Shown: positions 48,439 through 57,785 of the stretch, one piece after another
How the letters are laid out: each line of letters opens with the position of its first letter
How positions within the stretch are numbered: position 1 is the first letter of the stretch
The notes under the pieces: generated by a model
What the model saw: only the letters and a program-made list of their open reading frames with translations
Databases searched by the model: none
What the model was told of the DNA's origin: nothing
Program-made: the position numbers and the translations under genes
Assembly: GCA_021813945.1 (NCBI GenBank)
Contig: JAKAJD010000001.1
Location: 335,072 to 399,071 of the forward strand
Direction of reading: 5' to 3'
Length of the DNA: 64,000 bases
From: a bacterium
GTDB lineage: Bacteria > Patescibacteriota > Microgenomatia > Curtissbacterales > GWA2-41-24

Positions 48439-49332
48439 CTACTTAATAACTTTCTTCAAAATTCCAGGAATATCTTCAAAGTTTTCGGCCAAAATTGCGC
48501 CGGATTTTTTGATTGATGCCACTTTTTGCTCCATCGTTGAATCCAGCCCCACAATTGCACCGGCGTGGCCTAATGCAGTATCCTTTGGCAGTTTTTCCGC
48601 AAACTTTCCTGCCAAAAATATGATCAGGGGTTTTGTGAATTTTTTCTCCGCGACTAATTTAGCCGCCTCTATTTCCGCATTTCCACCAACCTCTCCAAAC
48701 ATCACGGCAACCTTTGTTTGAGGATCCCCTTCAAACATTTCCAAAACATCTACAAACGTTGTCCCGACAAGCAAATCACCACCAATTCCTACAACTGTTG
48801 ATTGCCCAAAACCGGCATTTGTAATCATGGAACCCAACTCCGAACACATTCCGCCGGATTTAGAAATCACTCCAACCGGACCCTTAGAAAAGGTAATCTT
48901 GGCATTCGGCCCGCCGATAGAACCGACCTTTCCTTCGCTCGGCGAAATTGCCCCAACAGAGTTTGGTCCTAAAACCCTAACCCCTTTTTCTTTTGCTCGA
49001 TACAATATTCGGCATGTATCTAAAACCGGAACCCTTTCCGCAAAAATATGTATTAGTGGAATCCCGGCATCAATTGCTTCCATCGCCGCATCCAATGTTA
49101 AAAGTGGTGGCACGTTGACCATTGCACAATCAACCGGACCAAGATCGGAAACCAACTCTTTGACCGAATTAAAAACCGGCAAATCCAACGCTTCCTGTCC
49201 ACCCTTTCCCGGCGTTACTCCCCCCACAACTTTCATCCCGTAATCTAAAAGATCGGCACATGCCGAAAGCCCCGATTTCCCGGTAATTCCCTGAATTAAA
49301 ACTTTAGTTTCGCTATCAACTAGAATTGCCAT
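48439..49332 (-). CDS. succinyl-CoA synthetase alpha-subunit-like protein (CoA-binding and CoA-ligase domains; phosphohistidine loop present)
   Basis: CoA-binding Rossmann N-terminus (KVLIQGITGKSG). GHAGAIVG phosphohistidine motif. 297 aa. Confidence 0.85.
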   Translation of the reverse strand: MAILVDSETKVLIQGITGKSGLSACADLLDYGMKVVGGVTPGKGGQEALDLPVFNSVKELVSDLGPVDCAMVNVPPLLTLDAAMEAIDAGIPLIHIFAERVPVLDTCRILYRAKEKGVRVLGPNSVGAISPSEGKVGSIGGPNAKITFSKGPVGVISKSGGMCSELGSMITNAGFGQSTVVGIGGDLLVGTTFVDVLEMFEGDPQTKVAVMFGEVGGNAEIEAAKLVAEKKFTKPLIIFLAGKFAEKLPKDTALGHAGAIVGLDSTMEQKVASIKKSGAILAENFEDIPGILKKVIK

Positions 49333-49340
49333 AATCTTTC

Positions 49341-49392
49341 GTTAAGGCCTGGCCCTAAAGTTTGATTTTCCCAGCCTAAAGGCCAGGCCTTT
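49341..49392. repeat. intergenic palindromic repeat element, copy E (inverted orientation)
   Basis: GTTAAGGCCTGGCCCTAA, 19-nt spacer, AAAGGCCAGGCCTTT. Located between the sucC-like stop and the sucD-like start. Confidence 0.65.
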
Positions 49393-50578
49393 CTCTTTTG
49401 AATTCTTCCGAAAGCTCAACCATTTTCTTGCATGCCACAGATATCGGTGTTTCCGGTCCAAACAAATGGATATCAAATCCTTCTTTTTTGGCAAAACGCT
49501 CAAGCATTTCGTATGCTTCTTTTTGCCTGGGCCCGCCGCGGCGAATAACGATCGGGTAATTCGGTTTTGGTTTTACTTTCAAAAGCCCGTCACAAAATCC
49601 GGCTAACGTTGCGTAAATATCCGTAAAATTGGCAACGGCTCCTGCGACCAAACAACCTGCCAAACCTTCTTTTCCTAATGTAATTTCGGTTAACTTTTCA
49701 ACTTTTTCCTGCGGCGGATTCCCGGAATATTCCGTGTAATTTGAAGGTTTGCCACCGACTTCTGAAAGCGCATCCATCACCAAAAGCGACGCTCCTCCGC
49801 CGGATGCCAAAACCGCGATATCTCCACCAAATTCTATAAAGGTGGAACCTGCACTTCCGCGATAATCTTCCTCGTCGATTTTTCTGGCCGCCAGCTCTCT
49901 TTCTGTCGGTACTGCTCCAGCAGAACCTTTTTGTAAAACATCCAAATCACGATGTCGCGCCAGGCCCGCATCATCCAAAATAATCTTTGCATCAACTGCT
50001 AAATAATCATCTCCGACCTTCGCAATCGGGTTCACCTCAACTAAACGACAATCGTATCTAACAAACGCATCCCAAAGCCTCACCAAGAAATCAACAAGTT
50101 TTTCGTCGCCCAAATTTTTAAAAAGTTCTTTTTTGTTTGGCCCCGAAAACGGATCAATGTCGAACCGCAAAATTTCATCCGGTGAATTCTTCTTAACCTC
50201 TTCTATATCCATTCCCCCGCTTTTGGAAAATAAAAGAAACGGAATTTTTAAAGTTGTGTCGTAAGTAATAGAAGCATAATATTCGCCTTCAATTTGCGCC
50301 TTTTCCGCAAGTGATATAAACCGCACTTGCTCATCAGCAAAAGTTGACCCAAACATTCCTTTGCAAAAATCCAGAAGCTGTTTTTCGTTTGTACAGATTT
50401 TTATTCCCCCACCTTTTCCCCGTTTTCCGGAAAGCACCTGCACTTTGGCAACTATCGGAAATCTCAACCTTTGTCTCGCTTGTTCGACTTCTTCCATGTT
50501 GGAGCAAGCCACAAAAAAAGGGCTTTCAATTCCCACCTTGGAAAGCAAATTGTGCCCTTCAAATTCGTAGAGTTTCAC
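49376..50578 (-). CDS. succinyl-CoA synthetase beta-subunit-like ATP-grasp protein
   Basis: ATP-grasp motifs KVQVLSGKRGKGGGIKI and EVNPI. C-terminal CoA-ligase domain (GGDIAVLASGGGASLLVMDAL). 400 aa. Confidence 0.85.
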   Translation of the reverse strand: MKLYEFEGHNLLSKVGIESPFFVACSNMEEVEQARQRLRFPIVAKVQVLSGKRGKGGGIKICTNEKQLLDFCKGMFGSTFADEQVRFISLAEKAQIEGEYYASITYDTTLKIPFLLFSKSGGMDIEEVKKNSPDEILRFDIDPFSGPNKKELFKNLGDEKLVDFLVRLWDAFVRYDCRLVEVNPIAKVGDDYLAVDAKIILDDAGLARHRDLDVLQKGSAGAVPTERELAARKIDEEDYRGSAGSTFIEFGGDIAVLASGGGASLLVMDALSEVGGKPSNYTEYSGNPPQEKVEKLTEITLGKEGLAGCLVAGAVANFTDIYATLAGFCDGLLKVKPKPNYPIVIRRGGPRQKEAYEMLERFAKKEGFDIHLFGPETPISVACKKMVELSEEFKRERPGL

Positions 50579-50634
50579 CAGGAAATTTTATCATAAACTT
50601 GGCTTAGTTTGGGCAAATCCTTTACAATATAGCC

Positions 50635-51060
50635 ATGGAAATTAGAACTGCTGTGGCAGAAGATTCAGATCAAATCCTGGCCCTGCAAACGCAAATCTAT
50701 CGCACCGATAAAATTGCCGAAAACGCCAAAGATGTTTTGGAAAAACAATTGGCGGATGAAAGTTGCGAAATTCTGGTGGCCGTCGATGAAGGCAAAATCG
50801 TCGGTACTTGCGCCATATATTATATAGAAGTCCCCGCCCGCGGCGGGCCCTATGCATTTTTGGAAGGCCTGGTTGTCGATTCAACAACCCGCGGAAAAGG
50901 AATAGGAACAAAAATGTTTGAGGAAATTATAAAAATCTGCCGAGCCAAAAACTGCTACAAACTTCTCTTTACTTCAGGCGCTGACAGAGAAGACGCCCAC
51001 AAACTCTACGAAAAACTAGGCTTCAAGAAATGGGGTCTGGAATTTCGGATGGATTTGTGA
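50635..51060 (+). CDS. GNAT family N-acetyltransferase
   Basis: 141 aa. Acetyl-CoA binding motif (GLVVDSTTRGKGIGTKM). Confidence 0.8.
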   Translation: MEIRTAVAEDSDQILALQTQIYRTDKIAENAKDVLEKQLADESCEILVAVDEGKIVGTCAIYYIEVPARGGPYAFLEGLVVDSTTRGKGIGTKMFEEIIKICRAKNCYKLLFTSGADREDAHKLYEKLGFKKWGLEFRMDL

Positions 51061-51066
51061 AAGAAA

Positions 51067-51561
51067 CTAGCCTCTTTTTCCCAAGTTCTTTAACGCGAGC
51101 TTAACTTTTCCTATCGGTAATCCTAGGGTTCGAGAAATCTCTGGGATTGATTTGCCCTGAGTATCAAGCTCATGAACTTCCCGCAAATGTCCCCCTCTTG
51201 AATCACTCCTCTTAAACATTGATCTTTCTGTGTGCGGTTTTGGTATTTTTATCTCAGAAAGTCGATATTTAGCGCGGATATCTAAAGAAGAGTTAAGCCA
51301 TAAATACTTTGTAAACCTTTCTACAATTTGACTGACACGCTCCCCGCTTAAACGATACATTTCGCCAATATCATAAATAGTTGCCCCGCTTGAGAAATAT
51401 ATCCCGGCTATATTTCTTTCTTTAATCCAAACATCTTCTGCATCAGAATAACGCATTAGCCTTTTGGGTACTTTTAAGTGCGCGCCCTCGGCCACAGCTT
51501 CCTTTAAAAACTCAAAAGTTTTCGGCTGAGCATACGGATATGGCCTTTCAGCTCTTTCCAT
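51067..51561 (-). CDS. hypothetical DNA-binding protein with two sigma-70 region-4-like HTH motifs
   Basis: HTH-like segments DIGEMYRLSGERVSQIV and IPEISRTLGLPIGKV. Confidence 0.4.
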   Translation of the reverse strand: MERAERPYPYAQPKTFEFLKEAVAEGAHLKVPKRLMRYSDAEDVWIKERNIAGIYFSSGATIYDIGEMYRLSGERVSQIVERFTKYLWLNSSLDIRAKYRLSEIKIPKPHTERSMFKRSDSRGGHLREVHELDTQGKSIPEISRTLGLPIGKVKLALKNLGKRG

Positions 51562-51602
51562 AACCCTATAGTATATAGACCTCGAGGCTAAAAGTCAATT
51601 TT

Positions 51603-52349
51603 TTAGTTCAAAAGATTGTCCGGAATATCGAAGTTGCTGTAGACCTTTTGTACCGCATCTAAATCTTCTAATTTTTCCACAAATGCCAAGACTTTTTCCG
51701 CTTCCGCTTTGTCGGTTATTGAAGCGGTTGTCGTTGCTTTTTTAAATAGTTCTGCAGATTGAACATTGAAGCCTTTTTCCGCCAAAGCATTTTTAACCTT
51801 TTCTACATCTGCCGGTTTTGTATAAACTTCAACAGAATCTCCTACATCCTCAACATCATCCGCTCCTACTTCCACCGCCGCTTCGAAAACATCATCGAGA
51901 GATTTGCCGTCTTTGGCAACAGTGACCATTCCGACATCGGTAAACATCCACGAAACAGCACCTGGCGATGCAAATGTTCCACCGTTTTTTTCTATCGTTC
52001 CACGGACTTCCGGAGTTGTCCGATTTTTGTTATCCGTCGCCGCTTCAATAATAATCGCAACTTTTCCGGGTCCGTATCCTTCGTAAACTACGGTTTCGAA
52101 TGCCGCTCCGCCTGCCTTTCCGGTCCCGCGGTCTATCGCCCTCTGGATATTAACGTTCGGCATATTAACCGCTCTTGCAGTATCCATCGCCAGCCGCAAT
52201 TTAAAATTGGATGCCGGATCCCCGCTTCCGCCGCCTTCGCGAACGGCAATCGTTATGGCGTTTGCCAACTTCGTAAACACCTGCCCGCGCTTGGCGTCGT
52301 TTAACCCCTTTTGTCTCTTTATTGTCGACCATTTGGAATGTCCGCTCAT
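51603..52349 (-). CDS. yebC: YebC/PmpR family DNA-binding regulator
   Basis: N-terminus MSGHSKWSTIKRQKG. Three-domain YebC/DUF28 pattern. 248 aa. Confidence 0.9.
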   Translation of the reverse strand: MSGHSKWSTIKRQKGLNDAKRGQVFTKLANAITIAVREGGGSGDPASNFKLRLAMDTARAVNMPNVNIQRAIDRGTGKAGGAAFETVVYEGYGPGKVAIIIEAATDNKNRTTPEVRGTIEKNGGTFASPGAVSWMFTDVGMVTVAKDGKSLDDVFEAAVEVGADDVEDVGDSVEVYTKPADVEKVKNALAEKGFNVQSAELFKKATTTASITDKAEAEKVLAFVEKLEDLDAVQKVYSNFDIPDNLLN

Positions 52350-52418
52350 ATTTTAGTTGGAAAAATTATATATCAGTCTTGTTTCTAGAACAATCGATAT
52401 AGTTGATTTATTTGAAAA

Positions 52419-53351
52419 TTATCTCGACCCAGGAACTTCGCCTTTCCAAGGCCTCATGGTTGTATATCTTAGAACAACAGGATGAGGAAAATCTGCAGTT
52501 GCACTTGCAGCACCGACAATAAAATCTCCACCTGTTTTTTCTGGGACAACTCTAACAACATTGCCACGCTTAAACTCAATTGGAGTGCCCCCGCGATTAA
52601 TAACCTCTTCATAATCGAGCGGTGAAATATATGTGTCAATTGGTAATAGTCGCGTCTTATCTAAGTGAACCATTTGAATATTAATATGGGAGCCATGCTC
52701 CCCCATGCATAGATCTCTATTCGCCCAAAAACCCATCTGCCCATAAATTATTCCTTTTTGGAAAAATTTACCTCTACCCATTACGCCACCTTTTACATGA
52801 GCAACCCTGATTTCTGATGACCCGCCGTTTAGGGGGTAGTCCTCAATATTGATATCCCCATAGCCGGATTTCAACACTTCGGAAACTTGTGTATCCCACG
52901 CTGCGTGCCAAATCAGAGCAGTGTCACGCTGTCCGGTGACAAACATTACAAACTCGCGTCTTGCTCTTGAAGCATTAACCATGTCAGCTTCAGTTAATGA
53001 AGGCTCGCAATTGTATTTGAAAACTGTGTAAGTCGAGTAAGAGTTGAGAGCTTCTCCATTTTCTGTTACTGCTAATACATCAATTAACGGGTCTCTTCTT
53101 TCTCGCCTCGCCTGAACCAGCTGTGCATCAACCCAGGGACCATTATGCTTCTCGGCAAACCCTTGTCTTCGCCTTAGCTGATCAATCAACCTGCCCCTTT
53201 CGGCAAAACCGTCGCCAAATATTGCTTGGTAAGTTGAACCGGAATCAACGAAGTTAGCAAGTCGAAAAATCGGTCTGTCAGCACTCATAGCCACGTAATA
53301 TACGCTTAAAATTTCCAAAAAACAACCATTTAAAACGCTTTTGAACAACAT
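52419..53351 (-). CDS. hypothetical protein (weak M23-peptidase-like HxxxD motif; function unknown)
   Basis: 310-aa ORF. The start is more likely at the internal MSADRP. HAAWD and GEHGSH segments are only weak hints. Confidence 0.4.
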   Translation of the reverse strand: MLFKSVLNGCFLEILSVYYVAMSADRPIFRLANFVDSGSTYQAIFGDGFAERGRLIDQLRRRQGFAEKHNGPWVDAQLVQARRERRDPLIDVLAVTENGEALNSYSTYTVFKYNCEPSLTEADMVNASRARREFVMFVTGQRDTALIWHAAWDTQVSEVLKSGYGDINIEDYPLNGGSSEIRVAHVKGGVMGRGKFFQKGIIYGQMGFWANRDLCMGEHGSHINIQMVHLDKTRLLPIDTYISPLDYEEVINRGGTPIEFKRGNVVRVVPEKTGGDFIVGAASATADFPHPVVLRYTTMRPWKGEVPGSR

Positions 53352-53393
53352 GAGTACTCAAATTATTCAAAATCGTTTCATTATTTTCACTTA

Positions 53394-54134
53394 TTGACTA
53401 CTTTGCGCCAATATTCTAACTTACTTGCTATGCTTCCAACTGACGATAACAAGTGGCAGGACGTTGAAAACTGCGACCTCCTTAGCCAGCTGGCCATAGA
53501 ACAAGCCCTCAGTGCAAACTGGGAAGAGGCAGCAAAGATAAACGAAAAAATAGCCAAGCTAGACCCCCAAAACGTAGCAGCCCTAAACCGCCTGGCAAGG
53601 GCACAATGCTGCATGGGGCTAGTTACAAAAGCCAACAAAACCTATCAAAAAGTCTTGGAGCTTGACCCCTACAATGTAATCGCCAAAAAAAACCAGGAAA
53701 AAATCGGGAAACTCAAAACCGAAGTGAAAGCTCCAACTAATGGCAACACCCAAGCCGATGGAGCAAGTGTCGACCTTTCCGCAATATTCGTTTTTGAACC
53801 TGGAAAAACCAAAGTAATAAATCTGCTAAATCTTGCATCTCCCGCAATCCTAGCGGGTCTTAATTGTGGAGACAAAGTGACAATCTTGCCCAAAAAACAC
53901 TCGGTCGCCATTGCAAAAGACGACGGCACCTATCTTGGCGCCCTCCCAGACGATCTCTCTTTTAAACTAATTGGATTTTTGGCCGGCGGCAACAAATATG
54001 AAGTTTTCGTTAAATACGCAACCACCAAAAGCCTGACAATTTTTATCCGGGAAATAGAAAGATCCAACAAATTTACAAATCAGCCTTCTTTTGCCGAAAG
54101 CCATACGGAAGAAAAGCACATCGCTTTTGCCTAA
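53394..54134 (+). CDS. TPR-repeat protein with a C-terminal domain of unknown function
   Basis: TPR-like helices (AAKINEKIAKLDPQNVAALNRLARA...VLELDPYNV). Confidence 0.5.
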   Translation: MTTLRQYSNLLAMLPTDDNKWQDVENCDLLSQLAIEQALSANWEEAAKINEKIAKLDPQNVAALNRLARAQCCMGLVTKANKTYQKVLELDPYNVIAKKNQEKIGKLKTEVKAPTNGNTQADGASVDLSAIFVFEPGKTKVINLLNLASPAILAGLNCGDKVTILPKKHSVAIAKDDGTYLGALPDDLSFKLIGFLAGGNKYEVFVKYATTKSLTIFIREIERSNKFTNQPSFAESHTEEKHIAFA

Positions 54135-54140
54135 AGAAAC

Positions 54141-54707
54141 TTATCCCTTTAAATCTGAAATTGAAACTTCTCCCGTTAATCTTTGCGCCGGTTCTTGAAC
54201 TTTAACCTTGGGTTGTGGTTTTGGTTCGAGAACAATTTCTTGCTGCTGATCCTGAAGAGGAGCTTGCGGTTGATTCAACGCAGGTCCCGGTTCTGGCGGC
54301 ACGATTGGTTCTGGCTCGGCCGGTACGTCTTGCGAGATCTCGCTTGCAACCTCTGTGCCAGCTGCTACCGCCCTTGATTTTAGTTCGGCTAGCTGGCTTC
54401 TAAGCGCCTCAACCTTCGCCCTATCTGCCTCCATCTCACCACTTCCGGTTTTATATTTGCCCTCCTCCCAAGGAAAAAGGTCTCTATTAACTACCGGTTT
54501 TGAAGTTTCTTGCAAAGGAGCTTCTACTGGCGTTTTGCTTTGGGTTACAGGCCCAACTTTAGCAGCATCTTCACCTATACTTGGGCTTGCGCTTTTTGAC
54601 TCTTCGCTCTCTTCATCTTTAGCCTTGTTTTGCTCACGAACCAAAGTGATAAGGGCAATCAAAAACGAAGCTACCAAAACTATAATTCCCAAAATAACAA
54701 AAATCAT
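54141..54707 (-). CDS. membrane-anchored coiled-coil and proline-rich protein
   Basis: N-terminal TM helix. Charged coiled-coil segment. Pro-rich C-terminal segment. Its start overlaps the upstream gene's stop (ATGA). Confidence 0.4.
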   Translation of the reverse strand: MIFVILGIIVLVASFLIALITLVREQNKAKDEESEESKSASPSIGEDAAKVGPVTQSKTPVEAPLQETSKPVVNRDLFPWEEGKYKTGSGEMEADRAKVEALRSQLAELKSRAVAAGTEVASEISQDVPAEPEPIVPPEPGPALNQPQAPLQDQQQEIVLEPKPQPKVKVQEPAQRLTGEVSISDLKG

Positions 54708-55690
54708 CTAAAGTATCTTTCGGCAAAATCCTCACCAAGAAGTAGTGTTACAACTGCCCCTTCGTTTGGATCTTTTGCGAAACCTGTTATATCACAGCCA
54801 AACATATTTGCCAAATAGGCTGGCGTGTAATCTTTAGGAGAAGAAGCTGCTATTTGACACTTTGGGCGGTTTTTATCGCCATCTTCAGTAGAAATTACAT
54901 TACCCCCTACAGCGGAAATAAATCGAGTCGCAACAACTCCAGCGTATTGATTAGACGATTCGTTAACTATGGTTATTTTGTAGCCTTCCTTTTCGATCTC
55001 CGGGTTGTTCAAATAATTTCCTATTTCCCGGTTTAGCGATAATGTGTCAGCTCCCAGTACTTTTGTTTTTCCCGAAAGTATTTCTTCACTCATACTAGAA
55101 ACATTCGTCAAATTTACCTGATTTATGCTTAAACTTTTAGCTTGCCACCACAGCCTAAAAGCAGTAGAACGAGTAATATTAGTATCTGCTATATATCCAG
55201 GCTTAATACCAGCCAAAATTTCAAAGGGCGTACCAATTGATGCAAAACTTTTGAAAATCTGTCTTGCACTTTGGGTATCCAATTTTTGCACTTTGGAAAA
55301 TTTAACATAGTCAGGTATAGAAGCACCAAACACTAAAGACATCGAGTCCGAAAATTCTAATCCGGTGCCAGCTGCCGCACTTGATAGCTGCTTTATAGAT
55401 TTTAAGTCCCCTCTCTCAAAATATATATTTTTGTCAACAGTCAAAAAAACTATCCGCTTGGGTTCCTTTTCAAAAACCAAAACCGCAGGAGGGTCGGTCT
55501 TAAGAGCAACGGCGAAAGAAGAACTACCGTCCCATGAATACGTTTTTGAACTTGTATGAGCTGGAAATTTAAAACTTTTCAAAAATCCCGAAAAAATAAG
55601 AAGAACCAAAACCGCACAAATCAAAACAGAAAGAAGCGTCCCTCTACCTCTGGGTTCATTCCTTTTGTATGAAGTTCGTCGGGTCATCAA
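54704..55690 (-). CDS. membrane-anchored protein with a LytR_C-like C-terminal domain
   Basis: N-terminal TM helix. C-terminal segment YKITIVNESSNQYAGVVATRFISAVGGNV is LytR_C-like. Confidence 0.45.
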   Translation of the reverse strand: MMTRRTSYKRNEPRGRGTLLSVLICAVLVLLIFSGFLKSFKFPAHTSSKTYSWDGSSSFAVALKTDPPAVLVFEKEPKRIVFLTVDKNIYFERGDLKSIKQLSSAAAGTGLEFSDSMSLVFGASIPDYVKFSKVQKLDTQSARQIFKSFASIGTPFEILAGIKPGYIADTNITRSTAFRLWWQAKSLSINQVNLTNVSSMSEEILSGKTKVLGADTLSLNREIGNYLNNPEIEKEGYKITIVNESSNQYAGVVATRFISAVGGNVISTEDGDKNRPKCQIAASSPKDYTPAYLANMFGCDITGFAKDPNEGAVVTLLLGEDFAERYFR

Positions 55691-55738
55691 ATTATTTTTT
55701 TACTTTGCTGCCCGACTTCTTATTAAATAAGCAAGAAG

Positions 55739-55876
55739 TTACTTCCCTTTTTTGCGGCCGATTATCTCAACCTTCGGCACCACATTAACCTTCGGAATAT
55801 GAGAAGCTTTTTTTTCTAAAACTTCCTTTTTTAATTTTCTCTTTTCGCCTTTGTAAAATCCGCCAAAATTACCCAT
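55739..55876 (-). CDS. small basic 45-aa ORF (MGNFGGFYKGEKRKLKKEVLEKK...); hypothetical
   Basis: The only ORF in a 310-bp gap, and it is shorter than the ORF-track cutoff. Identity unknown. Confidence 0.2.
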   Translation of the reverse strand: MGNFGGFYKGEKRKLKKEVLEKKASHIPKVNVVPKVEIIGRKKGK

Positions 55877-56000
55877 AAAATTGTTAATTTTATATCAGAG
55901 GAGCGCCATTGGCATGACTTGAAAAGGTGCCAAGGCGACCTGCTGACATAGAATAATTACCTCTAAACCATTTTATCAGGCCAGATCAACAGCTACAACA

Positions 56001-57701
56001 TTAGAAAATTTTGTGTGCCAAAAGCTCCTCAAAATGTTTGCTCTTATCCTTTTTCATCTTGCCTAAATTATCCCAATGCTCAGAAAGAATCCGGGCTATG
56101 TGCTTTCCTCCAACAGTTTCTGGTACCACCACATAATCTGCTCCCATTTCATAAAGTTTGACAGCATCGTGAATCCAGTAACTGGTTCCAATAACCGGCC
56201 CCTTGTAATTTTTCGCCCTGGCAAACGTAATAATCTGATGACTGTCGGAAATATCCGGGTCGGTAATAATAAGAAGTTTAGCTCGGCCCAGCTCCAGCTC
56301 TTCCAAGACCTCCGGATCGGAAATATCTCCAAACACTGCATTAAAACCCGAAGCCTTAAGGGAATTAAAAATTTTCGGATTAAAATCCACAACCACAATC
56401 TGGTCGTGGTCGGATATCTTACCCTTCAAAAAATCCAAAATGTCCCAGCCCATTTGTTCCCCACCAACCAAAACAACATGGTCTTTTAAATTCTCCCGAT
56501 TGGCAACATAAGGGTCATGTTGTTTTTCGGGAAACAGCTTTGCCATCGGAGCGCTTATATATTTGTAGATTTTATCTCCATATAAAATAAGGTAGGAAGA
56601 AAGCGTAATTGTAACTATGGCAACCGCAGCGACCAGGGCAACTTCGGAGGAATTGACTTGACCCAGTCTCGCCCCCGTTGCCATCAGAATTAGCGAAAAC
56701 TCCGAAACTTGCGCAACGGTTACGGATGCCAAAAAAGCGGTTCTGTTTCTGAATTTCAAAGTCATCATAATTGCCATTGCAATCAGCGGATTTCCAATAA
56801 GAATAAAAACCGAAAGGATAATAATATGTGAGGCAACCAAACCCGATGTGCCTTTAGAAAGAGTCAGCCCCAGAAGAATAAAAAAGACTACCACAAAAAA
56901 ATCTCGAAGCGGCTTGACTCGACCTGAAATTTGGATCCTGTAAGGCGAAGCTGCAATGGCAACTCCTGCCAAAAACGCACCTATTGCAACCGAAAATCCG
57001 GCTTGTTCCGCCAGAGCAGACATAATAAAAGCCCAAGAAATGGCAGCCACAAACAAAAGTTCAACCGATGAAGAAACAAGCCGAAACACCGATTTTAAGG
57101 CATATTTTGAAACAATGTATGTAAAAGCAATTAAAATTGCGCCTTTGGCAAAAATCAAAAGTATGGCAGCCAAATTTGGAGCTTCGCCGCCTTTGCCGAA
57201 GCCTGATAGTATCATCAGGGTCAAAATCGCCACAAAATCCTGAACCAGCAAAAACCCAACCGCAATTTTGCCATGCAAAGATTGCAAGTCATTTTTCTCG
57301 GCTAAAAGTTTAACAATAATTACAGTTGAAGAAAAGGTCATTGCAAAAGCAATGTAAAAAGCGGCAACAACCGAAAAGCCCAAAGCGCTAACTATTACAA
57401 ATCCAACAAGTGTTGTAAAAAGAATTTGACCCAAACCAGTATAAATTGCTGCCCGACCGACGTACTTTAAATCTTCAATCCTCAAATCTATACCTACTAA
57501 AAATAAAAGGAAGGCTATTCCAAAATTAGAAAGCAAATCGAAAACGTTCTGCCCTACTCCGCGAAACACACCAAGATACGAAATAACAACTCCGGTAAAA
57601 ATATAGGCAACTATAAGTGGCTGCCTAAGCGACCTTGCCAAAATTCCAAGGACTGTTGCCAACACCAAAACAGAAGCTATTTGAAAAAATAAATGCGGCA
57701 T
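56001..57701 (-). CDS. Kef-type monovalent cation:proton antiporter (CPA2) with a C-terminal RCK/TrkA domain
   Basis: About 12 TM helices in the N-terminal two thirds. Rossmann-fold RCK domain (VVLVGGEQMGWDI). Confidence 0.85.
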   Translation of the reverse strand: MPHLFFQIASVLVLATVLGILARSLRQPLIVAYIFTGVVISYLGVFRGVGQNVFDLLSNFGIAFLLFLVGIDLRIEDLKYVGRAAIYTGLGQILFTTLVGFVIVSALGFSVVAAFYIAFAMTFSSTVIIVKLLAEKNDLQSLHGKIAVGFLLVQDFVAILTLMILSGFGKGGEAPNLAAILLIFAKGAILIAFTYIVSKYALKSVFRLVSSSVELLFVAAISWAFIMSALAEQAGFSVAIGAFLAGVAIAASPYRIQISGRVKPLRDFFVVVFFILLGLTLSKGTSGLVASHIIILSVFILIGNPLIAMAIMMTLKFRNRTAFLASVTVAQVSEFSLILMATGARLGQVNSSEVALVAAVAIVTITLSSYLILYGDKIYKYISAPMAKLFPEKQHDPYVANRENLKDHVVLVGGEQMGWDILDFLKGKISDHDQIVVVDFNPKIFNSLKASGFNAVFGDISDPEVLEELELGRAKLLIITDPDISDSHQIITFARAKNYKGPVIGTSYWIHDAVKLYEMGADYVVVPETVGGKHIARILSEHWDNLGKMKKDKSKHFEELLAHKIF

Positions 57702-57732
57702 AGGCAGTTTTGTTAGATGTCAGGTCCCGGCA

Positions 57733-57785
57733 AAAGGCCAGGCCTTTACGCTTTGACTTTCGATGGTTAAGGCCTAGCCTTAACC
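57733..57785. repeat. intergenic palindromic repeat element, copy F
   Basis: AAAGGCCAGGCCTTT, 17-nt spacer, GGTTAAGGCCTAGCCTTAACC. Located between the rluA-family gene stop and the kef start. Confidence 0.65.
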
